Program-made: the position numbers and the translations under genes
Notes under the pieces: model-generated
The model's input: only the letters and a program-made list of their open reading frames with translations
Told to the model about the DNA's origin: nothing
Database searches by the model: none
From: an uncultured Gemmatimonadales bacterium
GTDB taxonomy: Bacteria; Gemmatimonadota; Gemmatimonadetes; Longimicrobiales; RSA9
Direction: 5' to 3'
NCBI GenBank assembly: GCA_963798085.1
Contig: CAWCRS010000002.1
Span: 32,001 to 96,000 of the forward strand
DNA length: 64,000 nt
Shown here: positions 50,561-59,800 of the stretch, in pieces
How positions within the stretch are numbered: the first letter of the stretch is position 1
How the letters are laid out: each line of letters begins with the position of its first letter

Positions 50561-51676
50561 ATGAATGAATTCCTGCCATTCGTGATGGAACGCTGGCAGT
50601 CGGTCTGGGAAAACCGGGTCGACTACAACCTCTCCGAGAGCGGCGTGCAGCCGCTGACGCTGGGCGAACTCGAGCAGCTGGCGGGTGCATCGGTCGACGA
50701 TGTGCCTCTGGGATACGGCCAGTCGAACGGGACCGAGCGCCTGCGCCAGCGCATTGCCAGGCTCTACCGCGGCGCCAGCGCTGCGAACATCTGTGTCATG
50801 AACGGCAGCGCCGAGGCCAATTTCGTCGTGCTGTGGACCCTGCTGCGGCCGGGCGATCGCGTGGTTGTCGTCACGCCCACGTACATGCAGGCGCCGGGAC
50901 TGGCTGCGTCACTGGGCGCAAATATCCAGAAGATCCCGCTGCACGAGGCGTCGGGCTGGCAGCCGGACCCGGCGGAGATCGAGCGCGCGCTGTCGGAGGA
51001 AACCCGGCTACTGGTGATCACGAATCCCAACAACCCGACCGGTGCCGTGCTCTCTCCGGAGGCAAGGGCGGCGCTGGTGCGTGGCGCCGCGCGCGCGGGT
51101 GCCTGGATCCTCGCGGATGAGGTGTACACGGGCGCGGAAAGAGAAGGCGACGAGACACCGTCCTTCTTCGGCTCGTATCCGAAGGTGATCGCGACGGGCT
51201 CGCTCTCGAAGGCGTACGGCCTGCCGGGTCTGCGCATTGGCTGGGCCGTAGCGCCGGTCGAGATCGCGGAAGCGCTCTGGGCACGCAAGGACTACACGAC
51301 AATCTCTCCCGGCGAACTCACCGACCACCTCGCTTCGCTGGCGCTTTCGCCGGCTGTGCGGCCGCGCATTCTTGCCCGCACACGCCAGCGGATCCAGCGA
51401 GGCTGGAGTCTGCTCGAGGACTGGATGCGCGTGCAGGGCTGCTTCGTGTGGCAGCCGCCCGCGGCGGGCGCCATCGCCTGGGCCCGCTATGACCTGCCCG
51501 TGGAATCCGGTGAGCTGGCGGAACGGCTGCGCAGCGAGCGCAGTCTGCTGGTGGTGCCCGGCGAGCATTTCGAGATGGAGCACTATCTGCGCATCGGCTT
51601 CGGCCTGCCGGAAGACATACTGCGGCACGCACTCGACCGCTTCACGGACACGCTCGTCGCGGCGGCGACCACCTGA
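50561..51676 (+). CDS. PLP-dependent aminotransferase class I/II
   Basis: NLSESG, NPNNPTG, ADEVY, SLSKAYGLPGLRIGW. Confidence 0.92.
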   Translation: MNEFLPFVMERWQSVWENRVDYNLSESGVQPLTLGELEQLAGASVDDVPLGYGQSNGTERLRQRIARLYRGASAANICVMNGSAEANFVVLWTLLRPGDRVVVVTPTYMQAPGLAASLGANIQKIPLHEASGWQPDPAEIERALSEETRLLVITNPNNPTGAVLSPEARAALVRGAARAGAWILADEVYTGAEREGDETPSFFGSYPKVIATGSLSKAYGLPGLRIGWAVAPVEIAEALWARKDYTTISPGELTDHLASLALSPAVRPRILARTRQRIQRGWSLLEDWMRVQGCFVWQPPAAGAIAWARYDLPVESGELAERLRSERSLLVVPGEHFEMEHYLRIGFGLPEDILRHALDRFTDTLVAAATT

Positions 51677-51691
51677 GGGTCTGCAAGAGAA

Positions 51692-51723
51692 AGCGGGAGA
51701 GGACGCTGCCGTCCTCTCCCGCT
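51692..51723. terminator. Hairpin between convergent genes (probable terminator)
   Basis: AGCGGGAGAGGACG-CTGC-CGTCCTCTCCCGCT, perfect 14-bp stem. Confidence 0.7.
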
Positions 51724-51748
51724 CATGTATTGCCTCGAGGTTTGCGGC

Positions 51749-52447
51749 TCAGGCCGGCGCCGCCATCTCCGACGTCGCCTTCTCACCCACGATCCAGCCA
51801 TTGAGCAGCTCGATCACGCGATCTCCGTACGACGCGTTGGTCTCGGAGTGGGTGACCTGGATGATGGTAGTGCCCTGATCATTGAGCTGCTTGAACAGCT
51901 CCATGATCTCCTTGCCCTGCGCCGAGTGCAGGTTACCGGTGGGCTCGTCCGCGAGCACCAGCTTCGGATTGGCGATCACCGCGCGCGCCACCGCGACCAG
52001 CTGCTGCTGGCCGCCGGACAGCTGATTCGGGAAGAGATCCTTTTTCCCCACGATCTGGAAGCGGTCCAGGATATCCGCCACCATCGCAGCGCGCTGGCCC
52101 CGCGGAATGTCGCGATAGGATAGCGGGATCTCGAGATTCTCGTACACCGTCAGATTATCCAGCAGATGGTACTGCTGGAAAACGAAACCGATGTTGGCCT
52201 TGTTGAGCGCTGCGCGCTGGCGGGCGTTCATCTTGTGGACCGGCTGATCCAGGAACCAGTACTCGCCTCGCCACGCATGATCGAGCAGACCGAGGATCCC
52301 GAGCAGGGTGGACTTGCCGGCCCCGGATGGACCCATGATGGTCACGAACTCGCCGGGTTTCACGTCGAAATCGATGCGACGCAGCAGGAACAGCTGCCCC
52401 GCCTTCGACTCGACTGACTTCTCCATGCTCCTGAGCCGGATCAGCAT
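51749..52447 (-). CDS. ABC transporter ATP-binding protein (LolD/MacB-like)
   Basis: [28 protein letters not shown]. Confidence 0.93.
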   Translation of the reverse strand: MLIRLRSMEKSVESKAGQLFLLRRIDFDVKPGEFVTIMGPSGAGKSTLLGILGLLDHAWRGEYWFLDQPVHKMNARQRAALNKANIGFVFQQYHLLDNLTVYENLEIPLSYRDIPRGQRAAMVADILDRFQIVGKKDLFPNQLSGGQQQLVAVARAVIANPKLVLADEPTGNLHSAQGKEIMELFKQLNDQGTTIIQVTHSETNASYGDRVIELLNGWIVGEKATSEMAAPA

Positions 52448-52719
52448 CACGCCTCCTTTTCGGTACGCTCGCCCGCCTTTTCCCGGCGTGCGCATTCATC
52501 AAAGTACGGGAAATCTCCGTGCCGTGCTTCGCGAATCCCGGCATGTCGTTGGATGGCTCCGCGTTGGGCCGGGTTGCCGCCGCCATCGGTACACCCCGCG
52601 GGTGTTGGAGTGCGGGACGCGTCGTCCCGGAAATGGTGCGCGGATACCAATCGACCTCGCCGGGGGGTGGAGCGGCGAGGTCGATGGGCGCGGGACGGCG
52701 CAAAGGGCGCGGCGGCCCG

Positions 52720-54495
52720 CTACCTGGTCTTGAACTCGACTGGAATCTGCACCCAGACGGGGATCGTCTTCGAGCCGTTCTGCGCGGGCTCGAAACGCAT
52801 TTGCCCGGCAACCTTCTCGGCGGCGTCATCGATGGCGACCCGACCGCTGCTCTGTGCCAGCCGGATCTCCGTCACTCCGCCACTTTCGTCGATGCGCATC
52901 CACAGCACTGCGGTACCGGAGATGCCGGCGTCACGCAGCTGCGGCGGGTAGTTCCGCTCGAGCAGCGCGGCGACCACATCCTGATTCGTGATCCGCGGCC
53001 TGCGCGTCATGGGCGTGAAGAACGGGCCGTTGCCGGCAACGGATTCGGAAGAGGCGGTCGCCGATTTCATCTCGACGAGCATTGTCCCGCGTGACACCGA
53101 CGTGCTCATTTCGGGCTGCACGCGCGGCAGATTGTCGAGCTCGGCGGCAGTCGCGGTGGCGGGACTGCGCGCCGGCGCGCCGACCGCGGCTCCAGCCTTG
53201 AACACGATCGGGATCTGCACCCAGACACCCACCGGCACGCCATGATTCTCGGCCGGCGTGAAGCGCATCATTTCCGCCACGTGCCGTGCGCTCTGATCCA
53301 GTGCCTCGTAGCCGCTCGAGCGGTAGACCATGGTATGCAGCACGGCGCCTTCGCGATCGATCTGGAACCACATGGTCACCGTGCCGCCGATGCCGGCATC
53401 GCGCAGCAGCGGCGGGTAGTTGCGTTCCAGCGCACGCCCCACCTCCTGGCCGTTGGCGAGGCGGGGCGCGAGCGTCATGGGCGTCCAGAATGGCACCGGC
53501 ATCGTGTCGGCGCGCTCCGCGCGCGGCGCCACCGAGGGCAGCTCAATGGCCGGGAAAGGCACGGCCGCACGGAATCCTAACCTGCCGTTAGAAGGTGCCG
53601 GAGCCGTGGGATCGCGCGTAAAGGCGGCGGCCAGGGTCAGCAGCAGAGCGACGCCGGCCAGCGACAGCACCCGCCGCAGATCCACACTGCGCGCGCGCTG
53701 CGTGATGTGGCGAATGCGCCGCTCGAGGAAGGAAGCCGGCTCCGCCAGTGCCACGCCCAGCACCGGACGGGAGCGACGGCGCCCGCATTCCAGCAGCAGT
53801 GCGCCGTAACTGCGTGCATCCGGTGCGCGGCGCAGCACGCGCGCGTCGCAGTCCAGTTCGATGGCCTGACGCAGGCGCCGATGCTGCCACCAGAGCGGCA
53901 GATTCCAGGGCGCCACGGCGATGGCCAGCAGACCGAGCAGCGCGAGCCGCGAATCTCCCGCGCGCGCATGCTCGCCCTCGTGCAGCAGCATCAGCCGTCG
54001 CACCCTCGACTCGAGACTCAGGGCCCATTCCGGAACGAGGATCAGCGACTGGCGGAACCCGTACACCGCGGGTCCGCGATCCTGCGTCACCAGCACGCGG
54101 ACGCCATCCAGGCTCAACACGCGCCAGTAGCGCCGCTCTCCGCGGATCTGCGCCCACGACAACACGACTACGCCCAGCAGTACGGCACTGCTCGCCCCCC
54201 ACGCGAGCAGCAGCAGTTCATCCAGCGATGCGCCCATGGCGCCACGCGACGTCGAGGCCGACGCGATGGGTGCCAGGGGAATCACCATGCTGTCCGGCAC
54301 CGCCGGAACCGACTGCACATGCCAGCCCGCCCACGCCAGCAGCGGCATGGCCAGTGACAACGCCATCGCGGCCGCCCAGGCCCACCGCCCCGATCGCGCT
54401 CCGTCCCGCAGCGCACGCTCACCAGCGACCGCCGCCAGACCCAGCAGGTTCGCCACAATGATCGAGTACAGAAACCAGGCGGCCACAGTGCTCAT
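52720..54495 (-). CDS. BlaR1/M56 metallopeptidase fused to two TonB C-terminal domains
   Basis: LLHEGEHARAGD, PWNLPLWW, AIELDCDARVL; two repeats of LERNYPPxLRDAGIxGT..SSG..D..A..MRFxPAxN..VWVQIP. Confidence 0.9.
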   Translation of the reverse strand: MSTVAAWFLYSIIVANLLGLAAVAGERALRDGARSGRWAWAAAMALSLAMPLLAWAGWHVQSVPAVPDSMVIPLAPIASASTSRGAMGASLDELLLLAWGASSAVLLGVVVLSWAQIRGERRYWRVLSLDGVRVLVTQDRGPAVYGFRQSLILVPEWALSLESRVRRLMLLHEGEHARAGDSRLALLGLLAIAVAPWNLPLWWQHRRLRQAIELDCDARVLRRAPDARSYGALLLECGRRRSRPVLGVALAEPASFLERRIRHITQRARSVDLRRVLSLAGVALLLTLAAAFTRDPTAPAPSNGRLGFRAAVPFPAIELPSVAPRAERADTMPVPFWTPMTLAPRLANGQEVGRALERNYPPLLRDAGIGGTVTMWFQIDREGAVLHTMVYRSSGYEALDQSARHVAEMMRFTPAENHGVPVGVWVQIPIVFKAGAAVGAPARSPATATAAELDNLPRVQPEMSTSVSRGTMLVEMKSATASSESVAGNGPFFTPMTRRPRITNQDVVAALLERNYPPQLRDAGISGTAVLWMRIDESGGVTEIRLAQSSGRVAIDDAAEKVAGQMRFEPAQNGSKTIPVWVQIPVEFKTR

Positions 54496-54866
54496 CGCGC
54501 CCCCTCTCGCAGCCGTGCTTCCAGCAATTCCATCATCCGCTCCATCTGCGGAGCCGTCAGCGCCCGCTCCGCCACGAGATGCGTCAGCAGCATCTCGGGC
54601 GAACCGCGGAAGACCTTGCGCACCAGTCGCCGCACGGCACTGGCACCCGCCTCTTCCCGGCCCACGCGGGGGATATAGCGATAGGCACGGCCTTCTTCCT
54701 CGTGACGCACCCGGCCCTTGTCCTCCAGGGTCCGGAGAATCGTCAGAACGGTTGTGTAGGCGAGGTCGTCCGGCAGCCGCTCCTGCACCTCGGCGACAGT
54801 CGCCGAGCCGAGGTCCCAGAGCACTGCCATGATGTCGAGTTCGCGATCCGTGAAGGAGATCTCCAT
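54492..54866 (-). CDS. BlaI/MecI/CopY family repressor
   Basis: TDRELDIMAVLW..LAYTTVLTILRTLEDKG..GRAYRY..F.GS. Confidence 0.93.
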   Translation of the reverse strand: MEISFTDRELDIMAVLWDLGSATVAEVQERLPDDLAYTTVLTILRTLEDKGRVRHEEEGRAYRYIPRVGREEAGASAVRRLVRKVFRGSPEMLLTHLVAERALTAPQMERMMELLEARLREGAR

Positions 54867-54876
54867 GGGTCCTTTT

Positions 54877-54923
54877 CTACTAGGGTTATAGTCAGGATGC
54901 ACCCGCCGATGGCGCCGTGTCAA
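54877..54923 (-). promoter_or_regulatory. Putative sigma70 promoter and BlaI-type operator
   Basis: Minus strand TTGACA (54918-54923), N18, CATCCT, then dyad GACTA-TAACCC-TAGTAG just upstream of the RBS. Confidence 0.45.
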
Positions 54924-55052
54924 GCGTTTTCTCCGACTATGTCGCGGCACAACGCAGCAGGGATTTGAGCCGGAGCGGGGCAGGGTCCGACACTATGAGG
55001 AAATCGCGCTGCAGCCCCGGTTCCATACCGAGTCTCGAACCTGTCGCGTGCC

Positions 55053-55955
55053 ATGTTATCGGAGTCGACACCGTCTTCGCCGTCAGGCGCCGCACTGATC
55101 CTGCGGCGCGCGATCTTTTCGCGTGCCCGGCACGCGCGCATCACCGGAATGGCGTTGGGCGCGCTGCTGCTGGCGCTGACGCTGGGACTGGTGTATGCGG
55201 CGCCGGCGGTGCGCGCGGGTCTGCTCCTGGCGTTGCCGGTGGCGATGCTGAGCTGGTTCGGCGGTCCATGGGTTGGCCGTGCCGGTGCGATTGCGGCGGC
55301 GGGGACCCAGCTTGCTGTGGATGCGGCGAGCGGTCCGGCAACCCCGACGATGGTGGTCGGCGCGATCATCGCGGTGCTCGTGTTGTCAGGAGTCGCGTGG
55401 GCGGTGCCGGTGCTCCGGTTCGCCGCGCAGGGCTACCGGGAGCACGCACAGACTGACCCACTGACGAATCTGGGGAATCGGCGGTTCTTCCGCGAGGTCG
55501 CCGCCGTGGAGCTGAATCGCACGCGGCGCTACAGTCGGCCGCTTTCTCTGGTCTATCTCGAGGCGGATGCGTTCGAGCAGCTGCGTCATGTGGCGGGACA
55601 TGCGGAGGCGGATGAGCTGCTGATCCAGATGGCGAGTGTGATCACGGGCGCGTTGCGCACATCCGATGTGGTGGCTCGACTCTACGGCGCGGAATTCGCG
55701 ATCCTGCTCCCCGAGACGGACGGGCGGGGTGCGCAGGTGGTGGCGGACAAGCTGCGCGAGCATTTGTCGCGGGTGGCTTCGGCGGCGGGGTACGAGCTTC
55801 ATTTCCGGGCGGCGGTCGTGGGCTTCGAGGACGGGCCCATCACGCTCGAGGCGTTGTTGCGACAGGCCGACGAGACCATGCTCGCGGCCCGGCGAGGTGC
55901 GGCAGAGGTTCTGGCGTACCGTGACTATGTGCACCCGCCCATGCAACTGGTGTAG
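55053..55955 (+). CDS. Membrane-bound degenerate GGDEF-domain protein
   Basis: TM helices, TDPLTNLGNRR, LEADAFEQL (for DxDxFK), RTSD I-site, RLYGAEF (for GGDEF). Confidence 0.88.
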   Translation: MLSESTPSSPSGAALILRRAIFSRARHARITGMALGALLLALTLGLVYAAPAVRAGLLLALPVAMLSWFGGPWVGRAGAIAAAGTQLAVDAASGPATPTMVVGAIIAVLVLSGVAWAVPVLRFAAQGYREHAQTDPLTNLGNRRFFREVAAVELNRTRRYSRPLSLVYLEADAFEQLRHVAGHAEADELLIQMASVITGALRTSDVVARLYGAEFAILLPETDGRGAQVVADKLREHLSRVASAAGYELHFRAAVVGFEDGPITLEALLRQADETMLAARRGAAEVLAYRDYVHPPMQLV

Positions 55956-55977
55956 GCGACGATTCCGTTCGGAGAGC

Positions 55978-56014
55978 CGGCGCCGCGGCATGCAAGCCGC
56001 GGCGCCGTTTTTTT
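55978..56014 (+). terminator. Intrinsic terminator
   Basis: CGGCGCCGCGGC-ATGCAA-GCCGCGGCGCCG-TTTTTTT. Confidence 0.85.
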
Positions 56015-56309
56015 CGCGTCGAACGGTGCGCAGAATCGTCGCCTGCAGTACCTAATTCCGTGCGCTGTGGCGGGGCGGGTCGCAGCGTAGCGCACGTGCG
56101 GCGCGCGTGCTCATCGAGCCTCTCCGGATGATGCGTTCCGGCTCAAGAAAAGGTGTGCGTGGCTCGATCCTTAAGGAGTCAATCGCCACCTCCCCTCCGG
56201 GCATGAGGGTTCGCGACCTGGACGACGTCGCCGAGGTGGTCAGCAACCCGAATCTTCCGTCCTTTGCCACCGTGGCTTTGACAACGAGGGCGGGCTCGAC
56301 CGGAAGCCA

Positions 56310-57878
56310 ATGGAAGGCTCCTTGTATTTGAACTCGCCAGTCGGAAACGGTGCGCTCGTGAGTGCCGAGGCTGCATGGCGTGGCCTGGCGGTGCTCGCTG
56401 ACTGGAGCCAGGGACGCCCGGGCGGCGCGCAGCTGGCGCAGCGGCTGGGGCAGGATCGCCTGGCTGCGCAATCCGCACTCGGTGTTCGCAATTACCTCCA
56501 CGAAATCCTGGTCGATGCCCGTGACGACCCCGATGGTCCGGCGGTTGCCGGGGATGTTGCGGAGTTTCTGAGCGAGCTGCCCGCGCCGTTGCTGTCTGCC
56601 GTACTGCGCGCGGAGATCGATGAGCACAAGCGCTCGTCGTTCCTGGAGGCGGCCGCGCAGCGGCTGCCGATACCGGTGCTGAAGCGTGTGGCTGCGGGTC
56701 TGGCCAGCGCCTATGAGCGACCCTACCCGATGAGCGTGCGTGCCTCGATCCATACGCTGGCCAGCGCGGCCACTGCCGGTGAGCATGCGGCCACGCATGC
56801 GGAGCCGTTGCTGCGCGAGACAATTCGGCGGCTGTTCCATCACTGGGTTCGACAGCGGCGGACAGCGGTAACGCAGGGGTTCGAGCCGGTCCTCGAGAAG
56901 CTGGAGCGGCGACAGGCCGGCCGTTCGGTTCCGGAAGCGGAGCGCATTCTGGAAATGGCAATCGAGTGCGACTCGCAGGGCGAAGTCATGTGGGTGGCGC
57001 TGCAGGAAGTGGTGGAGGACGGGGGCACGGCGAGGGTCATTGATCTGATCAAGACGGCGCCGGAGGAGGCCGCAGTAGCGGCGGCTATCATGAAACGCAT
57101 CGGCAAGCCGCAGGAGTTACGCAACCTGCTGCGCGCGGAGCCGCTCAATGGTGCGGCCGTGGACGCGCTGCTACGGGGCATGGGCATCGCGGCGGCGAAC
57201 GTGCTGCTCGAGGAGCTGGTGGAGTCCACGGCGCGACTGACACGGCGTTATCTGATGGAACGGCTGGCGCGCTTCGGCACGGAGATCCAGCCGCTGGTGG
57301 AAGGGCGGCTCAAGGACCAGCGCTGGTTCGTGCAGCGCAACATGCTGGCGTTGATGCGCAACGCGAAATGCGTCGCCGAGCCTGCCACAGCCGGGCGCTT
57401 CCTCGCGCACCGTGATGCGCGGGTACGGCGCGAGGCGGTGCTGTGGTGTCTGGAGAGCCAGGGCATGCGCGATGAGGCGCTGGTGGCGGCGCTCGGTGAT
57501 CGCGACGTGGCCGTGCTGCGGCCGGCGCTGCAGTCGGCGCGCAGCCAGCTGCCCACATTGGCGGTGCCGGTGCTGGCCAAGCGCGCACTGGATGCCGATT
57601 TCCCGCCCGAGTTTCGCGTGCTGGCGCTCAGTCTGCTGGGCCGATCCGGCTCGGCGCTCGCGCTCGAAGCGCTGCTGCACTTCGCGCAGAATGGCAAGAC
57701 ACTGCTGGGCAAGCCCCGCCTGGCGCACAAGTCACCGGAAATGCTGGCTGCGGTCAGCTCGCTGGCGCGTGCCTGGCCGGGCGAACGTCGGGCGCACGAG
57801 CTGTTGTCGCAGGCCAGGAAGTCACGGGACCGCGAAGTAGCGGACGCGGCAAGTGGCAAGACGGGAGCCGAAGCGTGA
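56310..57878 (+). CDS. HEAT/ARM-repeat protein
   Basis: RLKDQRWFVQRNML, HRDARVRREAV, ALGDRD HEAT-like repeats; stop overlaps the HD-GYP gene start. Confidence 0.8.
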   Translation: MEGSLYLNSPVGNGALVSAEAAWRGLAVLADWSQGRPGGAQLAQRLGQDRLAAQSALGVRNYLHEILVDARDDPDGPAVAGDVAEFLSELPAPLLSAVLRAEIDEHKRSSFLEAAAQRLPIPVLKRVAAGLASAYERPYPMSVRASIHTLASAATAGEHAATHAEPLLRETIRRLFHHWVRQRRTAVTQGFEPVLEKLERRQAGRSVPEAERILEMAIECDSQGEVMWVALQEVVEDGGTARVIDLIKTAPEEAAVAAAIMKRIGKPQELRNLLRAEPLNGAAVDALLRGMGIAAANVLLEELVESTARLTRRYLMERLARFGTEIQPLVEGRLKDQRWFVQRNMLALMRNAKCVAEPATAGRFLAHRDARVRREAVLWCLESQGMRDEALVAALGDRDVAVLRPALQSARSQLPTLAVPVLAKRALDADFPPEFRVLALSLLGRSGSALALEALLHFAQNGKTLLGKPRLAHKSPEMLAAVSSLARAWPGERRAHELLSQARKSRDREVADAASGKTGAEA

Positions 57879-58642
57879 TGGACCGGAGTCAACGCGAAGA
57901 AATCGAGCCGTGGGTGGAACGCCGGCGCGAGCCGAGCATTGCCGGGTTGCGTGTCCCGGACGAGGTGGACGCGGCCCAGTGGATCCACCAGCAGGTGGCC
58001 GAAGGCAAGCGTCTCCCCGTGGCAGAAGCCGAAGCGCTGATTAACGCGCTGTTTGCCGATGTGCGCTGGAGCGGGCGGCCGCTGCTGCCGCCCGTAGCCG
58101 TGCGCGATACTGCCTACCTGGCGGGAACCCACGCGGTAAACGTGGCCGCGCTGAGCATGGCGCTGGCTGATTCTCTGCAGTTCGAGGAAGTCGCCGTGCG
58201 GCGAGTGGGCGTGGCGGGCCTGCTGCACGACATCGGCATGACGCGGCTGCCCGCGGAAATCGCGGGCAAGTCAGGCCAGCTGACGCCGGAGGAGCGCGAG
58301 CTGGTGAAGCGCCATCCGGTGGAAGGCGCGCGCATTCTGCTGGCCGCGGACGCATCGCTGGATCTGGCCGCAGTGGTAGCCTACGAGCATCACCTGCGCA
58401 TGGACGGCAGCGGCTATCCGCACCTCGTGTATCCACGCTCCGCACACTACGTGAGTCGCCTGGTGCAGCTGTGCGACGTGTTCGTCGCGCTGGCTTCGCC
58501 GCGGCCTTATCGCGCTGCGTGGCCGCTGGAGATCATCCTGTCGTTTCTGAGCGAGCGCGCCGGTTTCGAGTTCCATCCCACGCTGTCGGGGGCGCTGACG
58601 GAGCTGGTGCAGCAGTTCGTGACGCGCAACGCGGCCGCCTGA
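57875..58642 (+). CDS. HD-GYP domain protein (c-di-GMP phosphodiesterase-like)
   Basis: HAVNVA, GLLHDIG, KRHPVEG, EHHLRMDGSGYP, CDVFVAL..RPYR. Confidence 0.9.
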   Translation: MMDRSQREEIEPWVERRREPSIAGLRVPDEVDAAQWIHQQVAEGKRLPVAEAEALINALFADVRWSGRPLLPPVAVRDTAYLAGTHAVNVAALSMALADSLQFEEVAVRRVGVAGLLHDIGMTRLPAEIAGKSGQLTPEERELVKRHPVEGARILLAADASLDLAAVVAYEHHLRMDGSGYPHLVYPRSAHYVSRLVQLCDVFVALASPRPYRAAWPLEIILSFLSERAGFEFHPTLSGALTELVQQFVTRNAAA

Positions 58643-58651
58643 CGGCCTCAC

Positions 58652-59543
58652 TCACTCCTTGTCCTTCTGCAGTGCCTGACGGATCTCGTCCAGGCGCTGT
58701 TTTTCCTCGTGGTTCACAGCCGGAAAGCGCAGGGGCAGTGCGCGCATCGTCTGGACGATGATGCGGGCTACGCTGAGACGCATGTAGGGTTTGGAGTCGG
58801 CGGGGATCGCGTACCAGGGGGCCCAGGCGCGGGACGTGGCGCACAGCGCCTCCTCGTAGGCGGACATGTAGTCGTCCCAGCGCGCCCGCTCCCGCACATC
58901 AGCGGCTTCGAATTTCCAGTTCTTCGAGGGTTCGTCGAGCCGGGCGAGAAAGCGCTTGCGCTGCTCCTTCCGTCCCACGTGAAGCCAGAACTTCAGGATG
59001 ACGATGCCGTTGCGCGCCAGGTGCAGCTCGTGATCGCGGATGGAGTCGAAGCGTTCTTCCCAGAGGCGCTGCACGTCGGTGTCGGGCAGGCGCTGGCGCT
59101 CGAGATACTCCGGGTGCACGCGCACGACGAGCACTTCCTCGTAGTAGCTGCGATTGAAGATGCCGATGCGTCCGCGCTCCGGCAGGCAGAGGCTGGTGCG
59201 CCAGAGGAAGTCGTGGTCCAGCTCCGCCGTGGATGGACTCTTGAAAGCGTAGACCTGACAGCCACTGGGATCGACGCCCGATCATCACCGCACGGATCGT
59301 GCTGTCCTTGCCGGCTGCATCCATCGCCTGGAAAACGAGCAGCAGCGCGTAGCGGTTGTCGGCAAAGAGCACGCGCTGCAGTCCGTCCAGCTCGCTGATG
59401 GCCTGCTGCAGCTGCTCGCGGCAGGCATCATTGTCGGGCGCATTGTGCGGCGGGGATGTGGCGGCGGCGGCAACGCGGAAGGAGCCGTCGAAGGGCACGA
59501 GCCAGGGGCTGGGCACGGGCTCGCGCGCGGGTCTGTATTTCAT
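58652..59543 (-). CDS. ppk2: Polyphosphate kinase 2 family protein, frameshift near 59280
   Basis: [53 protein letters not shown]. Confidence 0.92.
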
Positions 59544-59800
59544 GCGGACTCCGTTCGCCGGGGCGCGCGGTGGCGCGATAACAGGATATTTCCGATCATC
59601 CGTTGCACCGTTCGGGGGCGCCGCTTCCCATGGCAACGGGCCGGCCCGAGCACGGTATGGTGCTCGTGTGGCCGAGGACAAGGGCGGATGACCCTGGCTG
59701 GCCGACGCTTGTGCGGGTTCGCGCATTTGATGTAGCGTTCCTGATCTGATGCGACGACGCGCACCGCCTCGGTGCGTCGCTCTCCCACCGGGAGCAAGCC

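Noticed and set aside
56050..56300. Possible c-di-GMP riboswitch upstream of the HEAT/HD-GYP genes
   Set aside because: The GEMM-type conserved elements could not be identified by eye.
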